From NCBI GenBank assembly GCA_003647645.1, contig QMNG01000002.1, positions 1,151-65,150 of the forward strand: a DNA stretch of 64,000 nucleotides, written 5' to 3'. Under the pieces are notes generated by a model. The model worked only from the letters and a program-made list of their open reading frames with translations. It was not told where the DNA came from and made no database searches. The DNA comes from a candidate division Kazan bacterium. GTDB lineage: Bacteria; Patescibacteriota; Kazan-3B-28. This document shows, piece by piece, positions 1 to 9,101 of this stretch. Made by a program: the position numbers and the translations under genes. The first letter of the stretch is position 1. Each line of letters opens with the position of its first letter.

Positions 1-2
1 AG

Positions 3-1007
3 CCCATCATCAGCCGTATAAAACTACTGGCCAACTTAAAACTTAATATTAAAAAAACTGCCCAGGATGGTCGCCTTTCTATCACAGTGGGAAAGGACAA
101 ATACGATATTCGAGTTTCTATACTACCTACTCAGTATGGTGAATCTGTAGTCATGCGCCTGCTGCCCCAAGAAAGCAAATTTATCACTTTAGATAAATTG
201 GGATTAGACGCAACCTCTCAAAAACTGATCAATGAAGCCATCCACCAACCCAATGGTTTAATTCTTAATACCGGCCCTACCGGTTCTGGTAAAACTACTA
301 CCCTTTACGCGATTCTCAATACCATAAATTCGCCGACCAAAAAAATCATCACTGTCGAGGATCCTATAGAATATCGGCTAAAGGGCATTACCCAAACCCA
401 GGTAGACCCTGAAGCCGGATACGATTTCCCTAACGCCTTGCGCTCAATCGTCCGACAAGATCCGGATATCATTTTAGTTGGGGAAATCCGGGATCAGGAG
501 ACCGCTAACATTGCCATCAACGCCTCTCTGACTGGACACTTGGTGTTATCAACTCTACATGCTAATAGCGCCATCGGGGCCATCCCCCGTCTGATAGACC
601 TAGCGGCCAGACCAAAACTTTTTGCAAACGCTTTACAAATCGTTGTGGCTCAACGTCTGCTTCGAACTGTCTGCCCCAAGTGCGGGAAAAAATATAAGCC
701 TACCCCGGAAGAAAAAAGACAAATCCGAAAAATTTTGCCTGATGCCAAAATTCCCGAATTTCTTATTCGGGCAACGGGTTGTGAGGCCTGCAATAATACC
801 GGCTTCAAAGGCAGAGTTGGCATTTTTGAAGTTCTAAAAGTTACACCCGAAATCAGAGAACTCATCATAGGCAAGCAGTCAGTTCGAACCATCGCTAAGC
901 AGGCTATTGCTCAAGGCATGGTAACCATGGCCCAAAATGGCATTGATAAAGTATTAAAGGGTCAAACTACCCTCAAAGAATTGTTCAGAATCATTGCCAA
1001 CAAATAA
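3..1007 (+). CDS. pilB: Type IV pilus assembly / type II secretion ATPase (GspE/PilB family), C-terminal ~335 aa; 5' end cut by window edge
   Basis: Frame 3 is open from nt 3, so the GTG at 87 in the ORF track is internal. Walker A GPTGSGKTTT, Walker B DPDIILVGEIRD, His-box region LSTLHAN, and C-terminal tetracysteine CPKC...CEAC typical of PilB/GspE. Confidence 0.9.
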   Translation, partial: PIISRIKLLANLKLNIKKTAQDGRLSITVGKDKYDIRVSILPTQYGESVVMRLLPQESKFITLDKLGLDATSQKLINEAIHQPNGLILNTGPTGSGKTTTLYAILNTINSPTKKIITVEDPIEYRLKGITQTQVDPEAGYDFPNALRSIVRQDPDIILVGEIRDQETANIAINASLTGHLVLSTLHANSAIGAIPRLIDLAARPKLFANALQIVVAQRLLRTVCPKCGKKYKPTPEEKRQIRKILPDAKIPEFLIRATGCEACNNTGFKGRVGIFEVLKVTPEIRELIIGKQSVRTIAKQAIAQGMVTMAQNGIDKVLKGQTTLKELFRIIANK

Positions 1008-1062
1008 CTCAGTGCTATAGAATGGACTTAAGGTGAAAGGGCGGAATAACCCCTCTCTTTTT

Positions 1063-1818
1063 ATGTCTAAAATTCGCAGTATCTTTGCCATCGCTTTAAT
1101 ACTCGGCCTAGTCATCGCTGAGTTTTGGCCAAGCACAGGTGAATTAAAAACTCCCTCCCCCGTACCACAAGCCGAGGCTAAATATGATGATTTGATATCC
1201 TCCATCCTGGACAGCTACATAGACATTGAATATCAAATCCCCGATCGATCAAAAATTAGCACATTTGTGGACTTTGACCTTCCCAGACCCAGTAGCATTG
1301 ACCAAGATACTTTTACAGTATCCCAACTTAGCGGCTACACTTCATCTGTTTTGTCAGATGACCCAACGCTACCCGACACATCCTATAGTTCTTCTAGTCC
1401 TCCACCCTCTTCTATTTTAAATAAAGTAGTACCCCCGTTTGGCAGCCCGCTCTACACTGCCTATCAAGATGGGGCCAAAGCTTGGTATCAAAAGGACGAC
1501 AATGTTTTAGTTATCTACCCTAACGAAAATATTGGCAGTTTTAATGCCAGCACCGGGATGCCCTCCACTTGGCTGAAACAAGAACTGGCTTATGAACCGA
1601 TTGACGATGCTAACGCCATTTCTAATTACATTAAAAACTACCGGGCTGAAGTTGTTGCAGAAACTACTCGTTGGGTACTAATGGAATTCCCCTCCGGAGG
1701 AGTAGTCAAGGTAATTAAACCCTCATTTGCCAGCTCCAATCAAGAAACCACTGGCGTTTCAGTAGGAAGTCCGGCTTACGGCAATCTTCCCAGTGTTTTG
1801 CCGGGATATGGAAATTAG
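1063..1818 (+). CDS. Hypothetical membrane-anchored/secreted Ser/Pro-rich protein downstream of pilB
   Basis: ORF 1033-1818 starts at GTG. ATG 1063 gives MSKIRSIFAIALILGLVIAEFW, a short N-terminus followed by a hydrophobic anchor. Contains an SSSSPPPSS linker. No family recognised. Confidence 0.55.
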   Translation: MSKIRSIFAIALILGLVIAEFWPSTGELKTPSPVPQAEAKYDDLISSILDSYIDIEYQIPDRSKISTFVDFDLPRPSSIDQDTFTVSQLSGYTSSVLSDDPTLPDTSYSSSSPPPSSILNKVVPPFGSPLYTAYQDGAKAWYQKDDNVLVIYPNENIGSFNASTGMPSTWLKQELAYEPIDDANAISNYIKNYRAEVVAETTRWVLMEFPSGGVVKVIKPSFASSNQETTGVSVGSPAYGNLPSVLPGYGN

Positions 1819-1880
1819 AATCTGAATTTTAGAACTAGTTTTTTACCAGTAGCACACTCCAACGGATTAATAAACCACCA

Positions 1881-3998
1881 CTATTGGGGCCAAGCTTGTG
1901 TAATAAGCTGGCCGCTACTGCTGTATAATTCCTGCCATACAGCTTCAGTCACAAACGGCACAAAAGGATGAAGCATTATGAGGGAGTTTTTAAGTATATG
2001 GTTAAGTACTGCTCCAGCAGCGTCCGAGGCTTTAGCATCCTCAAGCCGGGGTTTGGTATTTTCGATACATTCATCGCAAAATCTATGCCAAAAGTATTGG
2101 TAAAGTGTATCCCCTGCTTGTCCGATCTCGTACTTATCCATTTCCCTCGTAACTTTTTTTATAATTTCTTTAAACTCTTTTAACATCTTGGTGTCGGCAG
2201 TGCTTAGATTAACATTATTGATCGATTTAGCACCGGGAGCCTTCATACTAATGAACCGCGCCGCATTCCAGATCTTATTGGCAAAATTCCTGTATGCACG
2301 GATCTTATTCTCATCCACATGAGTGTCACTGCCGGGGGCGGTTCCCATCATCATCCCCATCCGCAAAGCATCGGCACCGTATTTTTCTACCATATCGATC
2401 GGATCAATCACGTTACCCTTAGATTTAGATATCTTTTGGTTGTTTTTGTCTCGGACAATGCCGTTTAGATAAACCAATTCGAAGGGAACCTCACCAGTAC
2501 AGTAAAGCCCCAGCATGATCATCCGGGCCACCCAAAAGAAAATGATTTCATACCCTGTCTCCATCACAGTAGTAGGATAGAAATATTTGAAATCTTGCGT
2601 CTCTCTCGGCCAGCCCAAAGTGGTGAAGGGCCACAAGCCGGATGAAAACCAGGTGTCGAGAGTGTCGTTCTCTTGTACCACTTCCCCCCCAAGTTCTTTT
2701 TGGGCATCATCTGTGTTCTTAGCTACGGCAAACTTGGTTTTGTCACTTTTTAGATAATAGATAGGAATTCGATGCCCCCACCACAATTGCCGGCTAATAT
2801 TCCAATCCCGAATATTTTCCATCCAATTGAGATAAACCTTTTTGAATCGCTTGGGAATAAATTTGATTTTACCCGATTTTACAGCCTCGAGTGCCGGCTT
2901 AGCCAGTGATTCAATCTTTACAAACCACTGTTTAGAAATAAGCGGTTCAACCACTTCTTTGCATCTGTCACAATGGCCAACCCTGTGTTCATACTTAATT
3001 TGTTTTTCAATCAACCCCGATTTATTGAGATCTTCCAGAATTTTCTTTCTGGCATCCAAAACTTTCAGACCCGCATATTTGCCTGCTCTATTTGTCATCT
3101 TGGCATCCTGTCCAACTACTATCGGCGCATCCAATTTGTGCCTCTCTCCTATTTCAAAATCAGTCGGATCATGCGCTGGAGTAACCTTAACTGCTCCGGT
3201 GCCAAACTTCGGATCAACCGCATCATCGGCCACAATCGGAATTTCTCTTCCCACTAGGGGCAGGATTAGAGTTTTGCCAATCAAATTTTTATATCGCTTG
3301 TCCTTGGAATTTACCGCCACGGCCGTATCCCCCAGCATCGTTTCCGGACGAGTTGTCGCTACTGTTATAAATTCATCACTATTTTGGAGAGGATATTTAA
3401 TATAGGTCAGCTGGCCTTCAGTTTCCTGATATGCTACTTCCAGATCAGACAGACCTGTGTTGCATCTTGGACACCAATTTACAATTCTTTCCCCTTGATA
3501 AATCAGTCCTTCGTCATACATCTTTTTAAAAGTATGATAAACTGCTTCGCTAACATCAGGATCAAGTGTAAATTTATTACGTGTCCAATCACAACTAGCG
3601 CCCAGCCGACGTAACTGGTCTTCCACAATCTTCCTTTTTTCCAAAACGAATTTGCGCAGACGTTTGATAAATTCTTCCCTGCCTAAATCATAGCGGGTTT
3701 TGTTCTCTTCTTTCTTCAAGATTTTTTCAAAAAAAACTTGGCTGGCAATCCCGGCATGATCCGCACCCGGCAGCCACAAAGTTGGCTCACCCTTTAAGCG
3801 ATGATAGCGAATCATAATATCCTCTAACGTTACAAATAAAGCATGTCCAATATGCAGTCGATCGTAAGCGTTAGGAGGAGGCATAGTAATCACATACGGC
3901 TGCTTGTCCTTGTCGATCTTAGGCGTAAGGACGCCTGACTTTTCCCAAGCCCGGTAAATCTTTCCCTCTAATTCCTTAAAATTAAATTTATTTTCCAT
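1881..3998 (-). CDS. valS: Valyl-tRNA synthetase, short form (705 aa)
   Basis: Class I HIGH (RLHIGHA) and KMSKS (KISKSKGN) motifs and ValRS-typical TTRPETMLGDTAVAVN. The track start at 4028 is TTG; ATG 3998 (MENKFNFKELE) is preferred. Overlaps the tsaD stop by 11 nt. Confidence 0.9.
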   Translation of the reverse strand: MENKFNFKELEGKIYRAWEKSGVLTPKIDKDKQPYVITMPPPNAYDRLHIGHALFVTLEDIMIRYHRLKGEPTLWLPGADHAGIASQVFFEKILKKEENKTRYDLGREEFIKRLRKFVLEKRKIVEDQLRRLGASCDWTRNKFTLDPDVSEAVYHTFKKMYDEGLIYQGERIVNWCPRCNTGLSDLEVAYQETEGQLTYIKYPLQNSDEFITVATTRPETMLGDTAVAVNSKDKRYKNLIGKTLILPLVGREIPIVADDAVDPKFGTGAVKVTPAHDPTDFEIGERHKLDAPIVVGQDAKMTNRAGKYAGLKVLDARKKILEDLNKSGLIEKQIKYEHRVGHCDRCKEVVEPLISKQWFVKIESLAKPALEAVKSGKIKFIPKRFKKVYLNWMENIRDWNISRQLWWGHRIPIYYLKSDKTKFAVAKNTDDAQKELGGEVVQENDTLDTWFSSGLWPFTTLGWPRETQDFKYFYPTTVMETGYEIIFFWVARMIMLGLYCTGEVPFELVYLNGIVRDKNNQKISKSKGNVIDPIDMVEKYGADALRMGMMMGTAPGSDTHVDENKIRAYRNFANKIWNAARFISMKAPGAKSINNVNLSTADTKMLKEFKEIIKKVTREMDKYEIGQAGDTLYQYFWHRFCDECIENTKPRLEDAKASDAAGAVLNHILKNSLIMLHPFVPFVTEAVWQELYSSSGQLITQAWPQ

Positions 3999-4923
3999 TT
4001 TTTTGTATAAAATAGGAGGCCATTCCAATCATAACAGCATTATCGGTACAGTATTTGGAATTTGGAACAACCAGCCGAAGCCCCTTAGCCGTAGCCCGTA
4101 AATCAACTTCCTCGCGCAGACGTTTATTAGCCGCCACTCCCCCGCCCAGTAGAATAGTTTTTACTTTATACTTTTGGGCCGCCCTCATTAATTTGGTGGC
4201 CAAAACATCAACCACCGCCTCTTGAAACTCGTGAGCAATATCTTCCTTCCTGCCTTTTGCTCGGATAACCGCGGTCTTAAGCCCCGAGAAACTAAAATCC
4301 AACCCCCTATTTTTCATTGGCCTCGGCAGTTCTACTGTTCTATTGGATACTGAATACTGAATGCCGGCCGCGGCAGCAGCTATCGCCGGACCCCCGGGGT
4401 AATCTAACCCCAACACTCGTGCAGCTTTATCAAAGGCCTCTCCAGCTGCATCATCTCGAGTTTCCCCAAGACATTTGTAATCTCCATGCCTCCGCACCAA
4501 AACTAATTCTGTATGTCCTCCGCTAGCGACCAAAGCTACAAGCGGAAATCTAATGTCATTATCGACAAATCCCGCATAGACATGACCCAACAGGTGATTA
4601 ATTTTAACGACCGGTTTATGCCACAAATATCCGAGTGTTTTAGCAGCATTGACGCCCACCAACAAAGAACCCAACAATCCCGGCTCACCAGTCACCGCAA
4701 TTTTATCTATGTCTTGAGGACCAAGCTTGCTTTTTTTAAGCGCCATCTCGATCAGGGGATAAATTGCTTTTAAATGCTCCCGAGATGCTACTTCTGGCAC
4801 TACCCCGCCAAAATTGGCGTGTAACTTTTCCTGCGAAGCCACCAAACTGACCAAAACTTTTCGGTTGTTTAGAATTGCCACAGCCGTATCGTCGCAAGAT
4901 GTCTCAATTGCTAGAATCTTCAT
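3988..4923 (-). CDS. tsaD: tRNA N6-adenosine threonylcarbamoyltransferase TsaD (Kae1/Gcp family)
   Basis: MKILAIETSCDDTAVAI N-terminus, HLxGH metal site (INHLLGHVYA), LVASGGHTEL, GGGVAANKRLR. Confidence 0.92.
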   Translation of the reverse strand: MKILAIETSCDDTAVAILNNRKVLVSLVASQEKLHANFGGVVPEVASREHLKAIYPLIEMALKKSKLGPQDIDKIAVTGEPGLLGSLLVGVNAAKTLGYLWHKPVVKINHLLGHVYAGFVDNDIRFPLVALVASGGHTELVLVRRHGDYKCLGETRDDAAGEAFDKAARVLGLDYPGGPAIAAAAAGIQYSVSNRTVELPRPMKNRGLDFSFSGLKTAVIRAKGRKEDIAHEFQEAVVDVLATKLMRAAQKYKVKTILLGGGVAANKRLREEVDLRATAKGLRLVVPNSKYCTDNAVMIGMASYFIQKNGK

Positions 4924-4987
4924 AACCTCTATAATATACTACAAAGTTCGTTACAGGAGCGAATTTTTACTGTAAAATAGAAGTGAA

Positions 4988-6019
4988 ATGAAGTTATTGG
5001 ACGACAAATCTTTAGACAAAAAAAGTTGGGATTCTGCCCTGTTATCCCGCTCTGATGCCCATTTCTTACAGAGTTGGGCTTGGGGAGATTTTAATAAAAA
5101 ACTAAACAATCAGGTTTGGCGACTGGCTGTGGAAGACGAAGGTGTGATAATTAATCAGCTTCTTGTTGTTAAATTGAATGTCGGTTTTGGATTTTCTCTG
5201 CTCTACTCCCCTAAGGGTAATTTAATTAATAAAGAGCTACCTGTCAGCTCACAACAGACCAGTTCAAAACTATTATTGGATAAAATAAAGTCAATTGCCC
5301 AAAAAAACAGAAAAATCATTCTCTTCCGGATCGATCCCCACGTTCTTACATCGGACACCACCACCCCATCTTTTTATCACTCGTTAGGATTTATCTTAAA
5401 CCAAAGCAAAAATATCCAGCCCAAACATTCATTACTTTTAGATCTTACCCAACCCTTGGATTCGATAATGAAAAAAATGAAACAAAAAACCCGTTACAAT
5501 ATAAACCTAGCGGCCAAATATAACATGGACATTCACATTTCCACCAATCCGGCAGATATTGAGATCTTTTTGGATTTGGCTCACGCTACCTCTGAAAGAA
5601 ACAAATTTGCCCTCCATCCCGACAACTATTACAGAACTCAGTTTGAAGTTTTGAGCCAAAATGAGATTCAAAGGTTAATGATAGCCGAATACGAACATCG
5701 ACCTATCGCGGCTATTTTGGTTAACACATTCGGTGATACGGCCACATATGTCCATGGAGCATCAGGAGACAGCGACCGCAACTTAATGGCCCCCTATCTC
5801 CTACAGTCTTCCGCTATTATTAAGGCCAAGGATGACGGTATAAAAATCTATGATTTTTGGGGTATTCATCCCAATCCCAATCACTCATGGGCAGGCATCA
5901 CCCGCTTTAAGCGGGGTTTCGGAGGGAATGAGGTTGAATATATAGGAACACTGGAACTGCCTCTAAACTCCACATTCTATAGGTTATACAAATTTGTTAA
6001 CCAATATCGAAAGGCATGA
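4988..6019 (+). CDS. FemAB-family peptidoglycan interpeptide-bridge aminoacyltransferase
   Basis: FLQSWAWGDF, KQKTRYNINLAAKYNM, YLLQSSAIIKAKDDGIKIYDFWGI and RFKRGFGG are typical FemA/FemB/FemX blocks. Overlaps the murE start (ATGA). Confidence 0.8.
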   Translation: MKLLDDKSLDKKSWDSALLSRSDAHFLQSWAWGDFNKKLNNQVWRLAVEDEGVIINQLLVVKLNVGFGFSLLYSPKGNLINKELPVSSQQTSSKLLLDKIKSIAQKNRKIILFRIDPHVLTSDTTTPSFYHSLGFILNQSKNIQPKHSLLLDLTQPLDSIMKKMKQKTRYNINLAAKYNMDIHISTNPADIEIFLDLAHATSERNKFALHPDNYYRTQFEVLSQNEIQRLMIAEYEHRPIAAILVNTFGDTATYVHGASGDSDRNLMAPYLLQSSAIIKAKDDGIKIYDFWGIHPNPNHSWAGITRFKRGFGGNEVEYIGTLELPLNSTFYRLYKFVNQYRKA

Positions 6020-7479
6020 AACAACAGGTTAAAAAAATATTAGGCAAATCTTTTTCCCCGGGCTCTATTTTATACAACACTTATCACAAAAGCCGGGGTG
6101 TTTTGGCTGCTACAATTTCTGGTTTTCCTTCCAGCAAGATAATAACCATTGGCGTTACCGGCACCAACGGCAAAACTGCTACCTCAATTATGCTGGCTCA
6201 CATACTGGAATCTGCAGGAGAAAAGGTTGGGTTAATTACCACCGTTAGTTACTGGATCGGCAATAAAAAATGGGTTAACGAAACTAAAATGACCACTGAT
6301 ACACCTTTTAAAACTCAACGGCTTCTGCGACGGATGGTAAAAGCAGGCTGTCGATTTGCGATTGTTGAAACCTCTTCACACGCTCTGATGCAACATAGAA
6401 CCTGGGGCATCTTCTACGATGTAGCTGTATTTACTAATCTTTCCCAAGACCATCTTGATTACCATAAAACAATGGAGAACTATCGCGATACTAAAGCCAA
6501 ACTATTCAAAGAACTTTACGATTCGCCCCGCGTTCCGTATGTCCCTAAAATTATGGTATTGAATTACGACGATCCCCTGCATAGCTATTTTGGAAAATTC
6601 GAAGCAGACAAAAAAGTTGGGTTTAGCGCAGCTTTGAATATTTCCTCCACCCTTAAAAATTCATCTTCACCAATAAAGCCAATGGTTTGGGCAGAAGATA
6701 TCCAGCTTTTTCCTACCCACAGTACTTTTACAATATTTGTACCAAAATCTGCCGCTCCTGCTGGAATGGACGCCATTGATCACACTGGTCAGACAGTATT
6801 TCCATCGGGATTTGAGTCAATTAATGTCAGACTCAACGTTCCGGGTCGTTTTAATATTGAAAATGCAATGGCAGCAGCCAGCACAGCACACGCCTTAGGA
6901 TTTAAATTAGAAAAAATTAAAAGCGGACTTGAGAGTATCACCAAAATCCCTGGGCGCATGGAATATATAGACGAAGACCAGCCATTTACTGTCATTTCTG
7001 ACTATGCCCATACTCCCGATGGCTATGACAAAGCTCTTTCTTCTATACGTGGTTTTACTGAGGGCAAATTAATCATAGTTTTTGGCGCCGCTGGTGACAG
7101 AGACAAAGACAAACGCCCCCAACTCGGACGGATTGCCAGCCAGTATGGAGATATTTTAATTCTTACCGAGGAAGATCCAGCCAGCGAAGACCCCGCCGAA
7201 ATTGTAGAAACGATTAAAACTGGCATCCCAAATAAATTTATAGAAAACAAGAATCTGTACGTAATTCTCGATCGTCCAAAAGCCGTGCAAAAAGCTTTTG
7301 AATTAGCTCAGCCAAACGATACCGTCGTTTTGCTGGCGCTGGGAGCACAAACAGTTATGGCAAAAAAGGAAGGAATTGTTCCATACAATGAACGCCAATA
7401 TGCCAGAAATCTGCTACAATTGGCTGTTAAACAAAACCAATACGATTACAATAGTCATCCTAAGCGAGACGATAGTTGA
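6016..7479 (+). CDS. murE: UDP-N-acetylmuramoyl-L-alanyl-D-glutamate--diamino acid ligase (MurE)
   Basis: Mur ligase P-loop GVTGTNGKTAT, DYAHTPDG, and the FGAAGDRDKDKRP carbamylated-Lys region. Confidence 0.88.
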   Translation: MKQQVKKILGKSFSPGSILYNTYHKSRGVLAATISGFPSSKIITIGVTGTNGKTATSIMLAHILESAGEKVGLITTVSYWIGNKKWVNETKMTTDTPFKTQRLLRRMVKAGCRFAIVETSSHALMQHRTWGIFYDVAVFTNLSQDHLDYHKTMENYRDTKAKLFKELYDSPRVPYVPKIMVLNYDDPLHSYFGKFEADKKVGFSAALNISSTLKNSSSPIKPMVWAEDIQLFPTHSTFTIFVPKSAAPAGMDAIDHTGQTVFPSGFESINVRLNVPGRFNIENAMAAASTAHALGFKLEKIKSGLESITKIPGRMEYIDEDQPFTVISDYAHTPDGYDKALSSIRGFTEGKLIIVFGAAGDRDKDKRPQLGRIASQYGDILILTEEDPASEDPAEIVETIKTGIPNKFIENKNLYVILDRPKAVQKAFELAQPNDTVVLLALGAQTVMAKKEGIVPYNERQYARNLLQLAVKQNQYDYNSHPKRDDS

Positions 7480-7523
7480 GCCGAGGGACCCCGTATATAA
7501 AATAATTAAATTAAGGAGATACT

Positions 7524-8519
7524 ATGGTGGAATTTGATGAAAATTTAAACCCAATTCAAAGGAAACAACCCGAAACTCCTAATCCGACCCCCCGCCCGGG
7601 CGATCTACCCCAGGCAGATGAACCTCCGCTTCCCCAAGAACCTATTCAGTCTTTAGGGGATACTCAACCCCGCCCTCCCCTTGAACTTGTTAAAGAACCT
7701 GCATCATCCTCCCCGAGAATACCTGACCCAACTCCTCCAACCAGAGCGTCGAACGACCAGCCTTCCACCAAACAAACGGGTGGTGTTTTGGCAGCAGTCA
7801 GCATCATGGCCATCTTAGCGGCGACGGCTATCGCTATTGTCAGCATTATGTCCAATAATAATTCTTCCTTTGTAATTTCCTCTGGTCCAAGAGAGGGACT
7901 AACCGTCACCGCTAGCGGAACAGTCAGCGTTATTCCTGATGTATCAAAAGTCACCTTTGGAATTATCCATAAGGCATCAACAGTTAGCACCGTAGAAGAC
8001 AAGATCAACAGCACGATGGACGACATCAAAAATGCCCTTAAGAAATTTAAAATCAAAGATGCAGATATTAAAACCAGCGGCTATCAAATCTATCCCGAAT
8101 ACGATTACCGCGCTAGAACACGTCGCATTATCGGCTATACAGGAACCCACCAACAAATTCTTACCATCCGTGATCTAGAGGATGTCAATGACATCATCGA
8201 TGCGATTACCGATGCCGGTGCAAACACCGTTGGCAATGTCACTTTTACAATCGACGACGAAGAAGAGTGGAACAATCAGGCCCGGGCTGAGGCCATAGAA
8301 AGAGCCAAGGACAAAGCCAGAGCAATAGCCGACGAAGCTAATATTAAACTTGGCAAAATTATTTCCATTGACCAAGATATTATCCACCCCTCGCCTTTTC
8401 GAGAAATTACTTTTGACGCCGGATTTGGAGGCGGCGAAGAGGTGGACATCAGTCCCAGTATCGAGCCGGGTTCACAGGAAATTAAAGTGACAGTCACTCT
8501 TGTGTACGAAATTAAATAA
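7524..8519 (+). CDS. SIMPL/DUF541-domain protein with Pro-rich N-terminal tail and one TM
   Basis: AAGGAG SD at 7513-7518. ~95 aa Pro-rich segment, TM (VLAAVSIMAILAATAIAIVSI), then a SIMPL-like body (GYQIYPEYDY ... ARAEAIERAKDKA ... IKVTVTLVYEI). Confidence 0.75.
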   Translation: MVEFDENLNPIQRKQPETPNPTPRPGDLPQADEPPLPQEPIQSLGDTQPRPPLELVKEPASSSPRIPDPTPPTRASNDQPSTKQTGGVLAAVSIMAILAATAIAIVSIMSNNNSSFVISSGPREGLTVTASGTVSVIPDVSKVTFGIIHKASTVSTVEDKINSTMDDIKNALKKFKIKDADIKTSGYQIYPEYDYRARTRRIIGYTGTHQQILTIRDLEDVNDIIDAITDAGANTVGNVTFTIDDEEEWNNQARAEAIERAKDKARAIADEANIKLGKIISIDQDIIHPSPFREITFDAGFGGGEEVDISPSIEPGSQEIKVTVTLVYEIK

Positions 8520-8526
8520 ATCGACT

Positions 8527-9054
8527 ATGACAAAACGGCTTTTTATAGCCATACCACTAACGGCAGATGTAAGATCTGCCGTTAGTGCATATGCTCAAAA
8601 ACTCAATTTAAACATTGTCTGGACAAAGCCAAACAATCTTCACATAACGCTGGTGTTTTTAGGCGACACCGATGTAGAAAAAATCCCGGCCATTCGGCAA
8701 GCTATAGACATAATCAGCCGAAATAACCGGCCATTTGCTATTTCCCTATCGAAAGCCGGATATTTTCGCAATAGCGGAGCTTTGTGGGTTAGCATAGAAA
8801 AAAATCGCGAACGGCTGGAGCAACTAGCCAACTCAATACGGGAGGAGTTAGTCAAAAATCGAATTAACTTTGACGGCCAGCACAGCTTTGTTGCCCACCT
8901 CACAATTGCGCGAAACAAAAAAGGGATTCCAATTCCTCGCGAATTGCCTGATTTTCCTTCAATTGATCTGCCTATTAAAAAAATTATCTTGTTTGAAAGC
9001 CAACTAACTAAGCCTCAAGTCACCTACACTCAACTTCACATCGGTCAGTTATAA
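8527..9054 (+). CDS. thpR: RNA 2',3'-cyclic phosphodiesterase (ThpR/LigT, 2H family)
   Basis: Two HxT/S motifs (HITLVF and HLTIAR). The track start at 8500 is TTG; ATG 8527 (MTKRLFIAIPL) is preferred. Confidence 0.8.
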   Translation: MTKRLFIAIPLTADVRSAVSAYAQKLNLNIVWTKPNNLHITLVFLGDTDVEKIPAIRQAIDIISRNNRPFAISLSKAGYFRNSGALWVSIEKNRERLEQLANSIREELVKNRINFDGQHSFVAHLTIARNKKGIPIPRELPDFPSIDLPIKKIILFESQLTKPQVTYTQLHIGQL

Positions 9055-9101
9055 TGAAGACATACTCCTTTTAAAAAACCTAAAAAAATCTTTTTTCCAA
9101 T

